NCBI GenBank assembly: GCA_965228855.1
Contig: CBDDIJ010000003.1
Coordinates: 2,880,001 to 2,944,000, forward strand
Direction of reading: 5' to 3'
DNA from: Candidatus Obscuribacterales bacterium
Lineage (GTDB): Bacteria > Cyanobacteriota > Vampirovibrionia > Obscuribacterales > Obscuribacteraceae
Length of the DNA stretch: 64,000 nt
Made by a program: the position numbers and the translations under genes
In this document: positions 59,101-64,000 of the stretch, piece by piece
Layout: each line of letters opens with the position of its first letter
Position numbering within the stretch: position 1 is the stretch's first letter
Notes under the pieces: model-generated
What the model was told of the DNA's origin: nothing
Databases searched by the model: none
What the model saw: the letters and a program-made list of their open reading frames with translations, nothing else

Positions 59101-59170
59101 GAACGTGATTCGAGAGTTTTTGAATGGTTTACTGCTACGCAAAGAGGGTGATGAGTCACTGAAGTCATAG
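56117..59170 (+). CDS. Hybrid histidine kinase (CHASE3-TM-GAF-PAS-HisKA-HATPase-REC-REC)
   Basis: CHASE3 DAETGHRGFLLTG, GAF GEGLPGRVW, VSHELRTPL, GTGLGL and two receiver domains. Confidence 0.95.
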   Translation: MKVSILTKVTIGVIVVIGTLCVSMAISLDARSKQTESRKLVMHTYQVLNLLERVHSMMKDAETGHRGFLLTGQNDYLEPHKRASSKIDNLIEELKMQVSDNPAQQHRLGILTVKTDEVLDSQQASIEVRRKRGLQAAAGANNFELDKERMEAIHNTIEEMIETEEALLNERSDKLNAATATAYAYSTLFSVASIICVGVAGLALLGFLKAQQKSERELQVQYSVARILNESNDLKDAARRIEQLIGEAGAWCIGATWMVQTNEQRENVLVCLDLWRLATFADSEFTRDSHKRVFKMGEGLPGRVWQSGKATSIHDVTQDANFPRSKVAEQIGLKTAFAFPITFGGDVLAVTEFFATEERPVDQALLDMMTAIGNQLGQFIVRKTVEVETERQRQFLQLILDTVSDGIMVADMEGKFILTNVAAKELTGQTKRFTRDDWTDETGVYLNEAGDKYPLEQLPLLRAIRGEEVDDAEMLIRNDSIPTGKWLSVSARPLREIEDEVTGAVIFFRNVSEKKEAEKRVSEFYSTVSHELRTPLTSIRGSLGLIEGGLAGPIPEKTLKLIKIARAESDRLIRLINDILDLRKIEAGMLELKKRTCDTQKLVKRAIEGIQGMANERGVTVDEEMNTGGPTECDEDRIIQVLTNLMSNAIKFSEKGDKVLVALNPGERNTFKFSITDTGPGIATEQMHKLFGKFQQLDQSDSRKKDGTGLGLAITKAIIDEHGGTIGVNSEWGKGSTFWFELPATFSPVRNVAVSNLPPAHVHPALIVEDDKNLSEVLRTHLEADGFEVIHASSLEEAGDFLDAYTPLVILLDLGLPDGNGLDLMERLQSDEKRKNIPVVVISGTEKDGKTTCVHPALIDWMAKPFDEKRLHAALDNARRRIGIAQVLVVEDDPSTREILKQQVESLGVKCIEASSGEDALKSFDESNPDLVILDLMIPPPDGFEVVEKLRSRLDSSVPLVVYSALDLTEAEKAKLKLGITAHLTKSTASPDQLSNVIREFLNGLLLRKEGDESLKS

Positions 59171-59286
59171 CTGTGATTATGTGTTCTGGCATTGGCAGAA
59201 TATGGGAGCCAATTTCGCACGGTCATGTCAATCACTCCTGCGCAGCAATGAACCATGACTATTCCCAGCCAGTTTCGGCGCTGCGT

Positions 59287-59307
59287 TCAAACCAGCACCT
59301 GGTTTGA
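59287..59307. promoter_or_regulatory. Perfect 9-3-9 palindrome upstream of pfpI, candidate operator
   Basis: TCAAACCAG-cac-CTGGTTTGA next to TTGACG at 59310; no U-tract follows. Confidence 0.45.
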
Positions 59308-59362
59308 GCTTGACGAACAGTTGCAAACGGTCTAATCAAGACCAGAATTGTAATATCATGTT

Positions 59363-59471
59363 GGGCTGGCGACGTGATTCGCCATTCGGGCGGCAAAAGC
59401 CGCGTAAATGCTTGAGGAGCACGCTTTCCTCTTGCTTGTCACTCGAGCCAGTTCCTCAAGGAGAATTGACA
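59363..59471 (+). promoter_or_regulatory. Candidate structured 5' leader of pfpI
   Basis: Several mutually exclusive stems, one of which overlaps the RBS (see findings). Confidence 0.45.
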
Positions 59472-60014
59472 ATGGCTAAACTGCAAGGAATTAAAGTCGC
59501 GCTTGTTATCGCACCAGAAGCGTTTCGCGACGAAGAATTGTTTGTTCCACAAGAGCAATTGAAGGAAGCCGGAGCTCAGGTCATAGTCGCTTCAACTAGA
59601 ACAGGTGAAGCCAAGGGCATGCTGGGCGGAACAGCGCAGGCTGAAACAACCATTAAGGACTTGAAGAGCAGCGAACTCGATGCAGTCGTTGTCGTTGGTG
59701 GCATGGGCTCACCGGAGCATCTATGGTCGAACGCTGAATTGCACAACCTCGTGAAAGAATTGCACAAAGCCGACAAGCTGGTTGCTGCCATCTGTTTATC
59801 CGGAGCGGCGCTTGCAAATGCCGGCGTTTTGAACGGAAAGAAGGCAACCGTATGGGAGTGCCCCGAGTCGCTTGAAGCGCTCGAAAAGGGCAAAGCTGAG
59901 TACGTCAAACAACCGGTGGTGCAAGACGGCAAATTCATTACTGCAAACGGACCGGAAGCCGCTCCAGAATTTGCTCGGTTGATCGTTGGTGAACTGAGCA
60001 AAGTAAAAGTCTAG
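59472..60014 (+). CDS. DJ-1/PfpI family protein
   Basis: FRDEEL, VVVGG.G, AAICL nucleophile and ITANGP motifs. ATG follows AAGGAGA. Confidence 0.93.
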   Translation: MAKLQGIKVALVIAPEAFRDEELFVPQEQLKEAGAQVIVASTRTGEAKGMLGGTAQAETTIKDLKSSELDAVVVVGGMGSPEHLWSNAELHNLVKELHKADKLVAAICLSGAALANAGVLNGKKATVWECPESLEALEKGKAEYVKQPVVQDGKFITANGPEAAPEFARLIVGELSKVKV

Positions 60015-60017
60015 CTC

Positions 60018-60071
60018 AAGAGAGATGGCCGGCGCACGATCTGACACTCAGTGCGTCCGGCCGTTTCTCTT
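60018..60071 (+). terminator. Long hairpin after pfpI, probable terminator
   Basis: AAGAGAGATGGCCGG-CGCAC pairs with GTGCG-t-CCGGCCGTTTCTCTT; the 3' end is U-rich. Confidence 0.65.
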
Positions 60072-60111
60072 CCAGAATCGAATCCACAGGAAACTATAAG
60101 AGACCGGAATC

Positions 60112-61875
60112 ATGATTAAAGAACGCCTCAGAGATCTCATTACTAAAGCCTTCACTCAAGCCTGCGCAGACGGAAAAATGGGACCGCTCACGGAATGCCC
60201 GGAGCCGATTATTGTCGAGCAACCGAAACTCCCCGAGCATGGAGATCTAGCCTGCGGCGTTGCGCTAAAACTGGCTCGCCATGCGAAACTTGCGCCCATT
60301 CAAATCGCCAATAATCTGGCAGAATATATCAGGAATTCGCCTGAGGCGAAGAACGGCTGCATAGACAGCCTCGAGGTTGCCAATCCGGGATTTATAAATT
60401 TCAGACTCGGCAAAGTATGGCTTACAGACGCCATTCAGGAGATCATCCTGAAGAAGGAAAACTTCGGTCGAGAGGATGTAGGTCAAGGCAAAAAGGTTTT
60501 GATCGAGTATGTTTCTGCCAATCCGACCGGCAATTTGCACATAGGTCATGGGCGGGGAGCGGTTCTTGGAAGTTGCCTTGCAAATCTGTTTGCTTTTGCG
60601 GGCTATGATGTGGAAGAAGAATTTTACGTCAACGATGCCGGCGCGCAGATTGCGGCACTGGGAAGATGCGCTCTGGCAGCCTATCAACGCAAGCTCGGCA
60701 AAGAAGTCGAGTATCCAACCGACGGCTATCCGGAAGAGTCGCTTACGGAATACATCGACAAAGTTATCGAGCAGGACAAAGACAAATACTTGTCGATGGA
60801 TGAAACCGAAGCAATCCCGGCGATTGGAAACGCGACAAAGAAGGTCATACAAGACGATCAAGAGAAGTTGCTTGAACGCCTCCACATCACCTTTGACCGG
60901 TGGTTTTCGGAAGAATCATTGCACCAGGCCAATAAAGTCGATGAAGCGATGCAAGTTTTAGCCGACAACAAATTCACCTACGAGAAAGATGGTGCTCTCT
61001 GGTTGAAGTCGGAAGGCGAGGAGCGCGATCGAGTTCTGCGAAAGAGCAGTGGTGACTATACATACCTGGCTAACGATGCGGCTTATCACCTGGATAAGTT
61101 TAAGCGCGGTTACGATCTGATGATCAACATCTGGGGGGCTGATCACCATGGTCAGGTTCCGGGATTGAAAGCAGTAATCGAAGCGCTCGGTTATGACAAA
61201 GAAAAGCTTCAAGTGGTTTTGACTCAGATTGTCAATCTCAATCGTGACGGAAAAGCGGTGCGTATGTCGAAGCGTCGCGGGACAGTCGTCATGCTTGACG
61301 AAGTCATGGATGAGGTCGGAGTGGATGCGGTGCGATACTTCCTCGCCGAGTCTAATCCGAATAACCCGATCAATTTCGATCTTGAACTTGCGAAGAAACA
61401 GAAAAGAGAGAACCCGGCATTCTACATACAGTACGCTCATGCCCGTTGCTGCTCGATTCTTCGCAAGGCGGTCGAGGAGCAAAATGATAGAGAGACCGGT
61501 GAAACGAAACCGGCAGTTCTGACCGAGGAGCAGCTAAAGTCTTTCGAGAAGGAATTCGAGAAAGACGCGAGTTTATTTCTGGCTGTTTTTGACGAAGCTC
61601 CGGAAAAGTTTGTCTATCAAAAGAATCTGGTGATGCGTCTTGAAGCCCTGCCTGATGAAGTGCGCGATGCGGCTGTAAACTGGCAGCCAGGCAAGTTGGC
61701 TCATTATGCGTATGACGTGGCAAATCATCTTCAGAAATTCTATGAAGAGTCGCAAGTGATCTTGCCGGACAATCTGCCCGTGATGAAAGCGAGACTGGGA
61801 CTGATAATGGCGACCAGGCAGGTCTTAGCTAACGCGTTGCAAGTGATCGGAGTGTCGGCGCCGGAGCGAATGTAA
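60112..61875 (+). CDS. argS: Arginine--tRNA ligase
   Basis: EYVSANPTG.LHIGH.R, GADHHG, MSKR, YIQYAHAR and terminal APERM motifs. Confidence 0.98.
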   Translation: MIKERLRDLITKAFTQACADGKMGPLTECPEPIIVEQPKLPEHGDLACGVALKLARHAKLAPIQIANNLAEYIRNSPEAKNGCIDSLEVANPGFINFRLGKVWLTDAIQEIILKKENFGREDVGQGKKVLIEYVSANPTGNLHIGHGRGAVLGSCLANLFAFAGYDVEEEFYVNDAGAQIAALGRCALAAYQRKLGKEVEYPTDGYPEESLTEYIDKVIEQDKDKYLSMDETEAIPAIGNATKKVIQDDQEKLLERLHITFDRWFSEESLHQANKVDEAMQVLADNKFTYEKDGALWLKSEGEERDRVLRKSSGDYTYLANDAAYHLDKFKRGYDLMINIWGADHHGQVPGLKAVIEALGYDKEKLQVVLTQIVNLNRDGKAVRMSKRRGTVVMLDEVMDEVGVDAVRYFLAESNPNNPINFDLELAKKQKRENPAFYIQYAHARCCSILRKAVEEQNDRETGETKPAVLTEEQLKSFEKEFEKDASLFLAVFDEAPEKFVYQKNLVMRLEALPDEVRDAAVNWQPGKLAHYAYDVANHLQKFYEESQVILPDNLPVMKARLGLIMATRQVLANALQVIGVSAPERM

Positions 61876-62133
61876 GCCAGACAACGTTTGCACAAACGGT
61901 ACGAAAGAAATATCAGATCCTCCGAATCGCTTAAGCGCAGCGGATCTGCACGATTTATCGGCAACGATCGGCATTTTTGGGCTGATAATGGGCTTTGACG
62001 AGATCGAGCTCCAAGACCCCGAAAGGAGCAGCCTTTTAGCTTCTCCGCCCCCGTAATTTTGTAAAAACAGCCAAAACGCTACCCGAATCTGTGAAGCAGT
62101 GCTAGGCTAGATTCAGAGGCACAGTTTAGGGAC

Positions 62134-62240
62134 TAGCTAATTTCGTTCGCAACAGTTTCTTTGGACAACCATCCGACAGACTGAAAGGTTTTGTTCGGCT
62201 GGTGAAATCGTTTAACACGAATCCTGTCCGAAATTAGCTA
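62134..62240. repeat. 107-bp element bounded by perfect 12-bp inverted repeats (structured leader or MITE)
   Basis: TAGCTAATTTCG (62134-62145) and CGAAATTAGCTA (62229-62240) enclose a GAAA-capped hairpin. Confidence 0.7.
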
Positions 62241-62255
62241 AGCAAGGTACGCAAA

Positions 62256-63101
62256 ATGCAAGACGAATTCCACCTTGAACTTACTCAGGAAGAAGGTTTT
62301 CTACTTCTGACTGGGGCGAGATTATTCGACAAACTCGTCGCTGGAGTGACCATTCACTCACAGGAAAAGGATGAGTTGATACGCGAAGTTATTAGCAAGT
62401 TGTCGGAAATCATAAGTCCTCAAATGGAGGCAATGTCGAATGAGCTTGCTGACGCGATCGTCGATTCGGTTCTCGGATGCGATGAATTAGATGATGGAGA
62501 GCTGGAGGAACTGGAACTAGCGTGTCTGGAGTCAGACCTCGAAGATATGCTCATCGATGAGTTCTTCAACAATCCACCTCCGCGCCAATTATCCATTGAA
62601 GGTTTAACCGAGCGACTGGATGACTCGGAACTCGAAGAAGATTACTCTCACTACCCACATTCGAACTCGAAGAACTCGCGTTCTAAGAAGTCCGCCAACA
62701 CTCCTCCCTTCTATTTAGAGGAAGAGGAAGAGGTGTACGTTGCGGATCGAGCGATGGTTCGAAAATTCGAACGTTTTCTTGCGGACCAAACCTTTGCATA
62801 TCCTATGTATGCGATTGAAGAGAAACTTCCGATACTAGAAAAATCGCTGGTCAAGCACAATACGACTCAAATAAACTATTACTGCATCGAACGAGAAACC
62901 GTCGACCAGGTCACAATTGACCCACTGGTTCTCCTTCAGGAAGAGGGCATCTGGTTAGTGGTGGCGTACTGCCACGAGCGCGACGACATCCTGATTTTCA
63001 GAGCGGACAGAATGAAAGACGTGCAAGAAACTGCCACCCAATTCCAAACGCCAAAAGACATCAACGAATTGCGCTGCCAGTTACTCGCATCCTACAAATA
63101 A
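62256..63101 (+). CDS. WYL domain protein with an acidic N-terminus and no evident HTH
   Basis: C-terminal INYY...IDPL.L....WLVVAYCHERDDILIFRADRM matches the WYL pattern. Confidence 0.85.
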   Translation: MQDEFHLELTQEEGFLLLTGARLFDKLVAGVTIHSQEKDELIREVISKLSEIISPQMEAMSNELADAIVDSVLGCDELDDGELEELELACLESDLEDMLIDEFFNNPPPRQLSIEGLTERLDDSELEEDYSHYPHSNSKNSRSKKSANTPPFYLEEEEEVYVADRAMVRKFERFLADQTFAYPMYAIEEKLPILEKSLVKHNTTQINYYCIERETVDQVTIDPLVLLQEEGIWLVVAYCHERDDILIFRADRMKDVQETATQFQTPKDINELRCQLLASYK

Positions 63102-63109
63102 CTCTCCCG

Positions 63110-64000
63110 TCAATGACTCTGCTGCAGATGAGACGGGGACAGCCAGCGAGCTAGGACAGTCGCGAGGCGAGCAGGCGTAATTGGTTTGGTAATGTAATCA
63201 TCCATGCCGGCATCCAGACATCTTTCTCGGTCACCGTCAATAGCTTGGGCAGTGAGTGCAATAATTGGAATTCTCATGTTGTCGGATTCAGCTCCGCGAA
63301 TCTGGCGAGTGGCCTCGAAGCCGTCCATTACAGGCATCTGGCAATCCATTAAAACAAGATCGTAGTTATTCTTTCGAACCGCCTCTACAGCCTCCTGCCC
63401 GTTGCAGACGGCTTCCGCGCGCAGTCCTAGATGTTGCATAACGAGCAATGTAACTTTTCGATTGAGCGGACTGTCGTCAGCGACGAGAACAACTCCCTGT
63501 CCTTGAGATATAGTGGAAAAATTTCGATTGGCTGAAGGTGACTGCCAATCACCATTTTTCCATGCACCATGCTCCCAATCCCCTTTGACACCGGTGGCGT
63601 CGGAAGTCGGATCGACTATCACCGCATCCGGTGAATGTTGGAGTGAGATGGTGAACCAGAAAAGCGAGCCACTACCCTCGGTGCTTCGCACGCCGATTTC
63701 GCCGCCCATCAGCTGCACGAGCTCCCGGCAGATGGAAAGTCCCAGACCGGTTCCGCCAAATCTACGAGTGATGGACCCATCAGCTTGCATGAAGGGCTCG
63801 AATAGTTTCTCTGCGGTCCCTTCAGCCAGACCAATTCCAGTGTCGGTGACTGTAAACTGCAACTCGCAGCGTCCGTGCTCCATGAGCTGAGAATTTATGT
63901 GCAGCTCGATTCGGCCGTCAGTCGTAAATTTGATGGAATTTCCGACCAGGTTGAGCAAAATTTGTTTGATCCTGGCGGCATCTCCTCTGAGGGGAACAGG
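63110..64000 (-). CDS. Hybrid histidine kinase, 3' part (HATPase-REC); continues beyond the window
   Basis: GDAARIKQILLNLVGNSIKFT, DTGIG, FMQAD.S.TRRFGGTGLGL, LMDCQMPVMDG and YITKP motifs. Confidence 0.93.
   Translation of the reverse strand, partial: PVPLRGDAARIKQILLNLVGNSIKFTTDGRIELHINSQLMEHGRCELQFTVTDTGIGLAEGTAEKLFEPFMQADGSITRRFGGTGLGLSICRELVQLMGGEIGVRSTEGSGSLFWFTISLQHSPDAVIVDPTSDATGVKGDWEHGAWKNGDWQSPSANRNFSTISQGQGVVLVADDSPLNRKVTLLVMQHLGLRAEAVCNGQEAVEAVRKNNYDLVLMDCQMPVMDGFEATRQIRGAESDNMRIPIIALTAQAIDGDRERCLDAGMDDYITKPITPARLATVLARWLSPSHLQQSH

Noticed and set aside
61991..62051. SRP RNA-like motif CCGAAAGGAGCAGCC in a hairpin
   Set aside because: The 5' half of the conserved domain IV loop (GGUCAGG) is absent and the spacing is one nucleotide short. 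A cmscan would settle it.
62198..62240. Hammerhead-like CUGGUGA...CGAAA
   Set aside because: The core should be CUGAUGA, and no stem I partner can be formed.
63543..63590. GDW-EHGAW-KNGDW five-residue Trp periodicity in the kinase linker
   Set aside because: Only three short units in a variable linker; no support for a function.

Overview
A gene-dense, roughly 50% GC bacterial chromosome segment. I found no rRNA, tRNA, CRISPR array, transposase or integrase. Housekeeping genes include ispG, rpe, cysE, fabF, cobU, def, yvcK/glmR, sucCD, pfkA, ribD, miaB, tsaC/sua5, nagZ, metK and argS. Signalling genes are abundant: four histidine kinases, a response regulator, an FHA-cyclase with an FHA-only paralog, a DUF4388 protein with a degenerate GGDEF domain, an ECF sigma/anti-sigma/Spy-like module and a WYL protein. 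Cyanobacteria-like MetK, YvcK and ECF sigma, with no photosynthesis genes in view, suggest a non-photosynthetic cyanobacterial relative (Vampirovibrionia/Melainabacteria, perhaps Obscuribacterales); this is inference. The most unusual items are: (1) an ATPase-less OLD-type TOPRIM nuclease overlapping a membrane-protein gene and followed by a 2 x 119-bp tandem repeat whose four substitutions all preserve a minus-strand RNA fold; (2) switch-like structured leaders before metK and pfpI that match no riboswitch I recognise; (3) a 107-bp inverted-repeat element before an HTH-less WYL gene; (4) a 1990-aa repeat protein with no Cys seen; (5) a DUF296 gene with no canonical start, implying a GTA start or a -1 frameshift at A_AAA_AAG; (6) an anti-sigma factor with three zinc fingers. 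All RNA pairings were worked out by eye and need computational confirmation.
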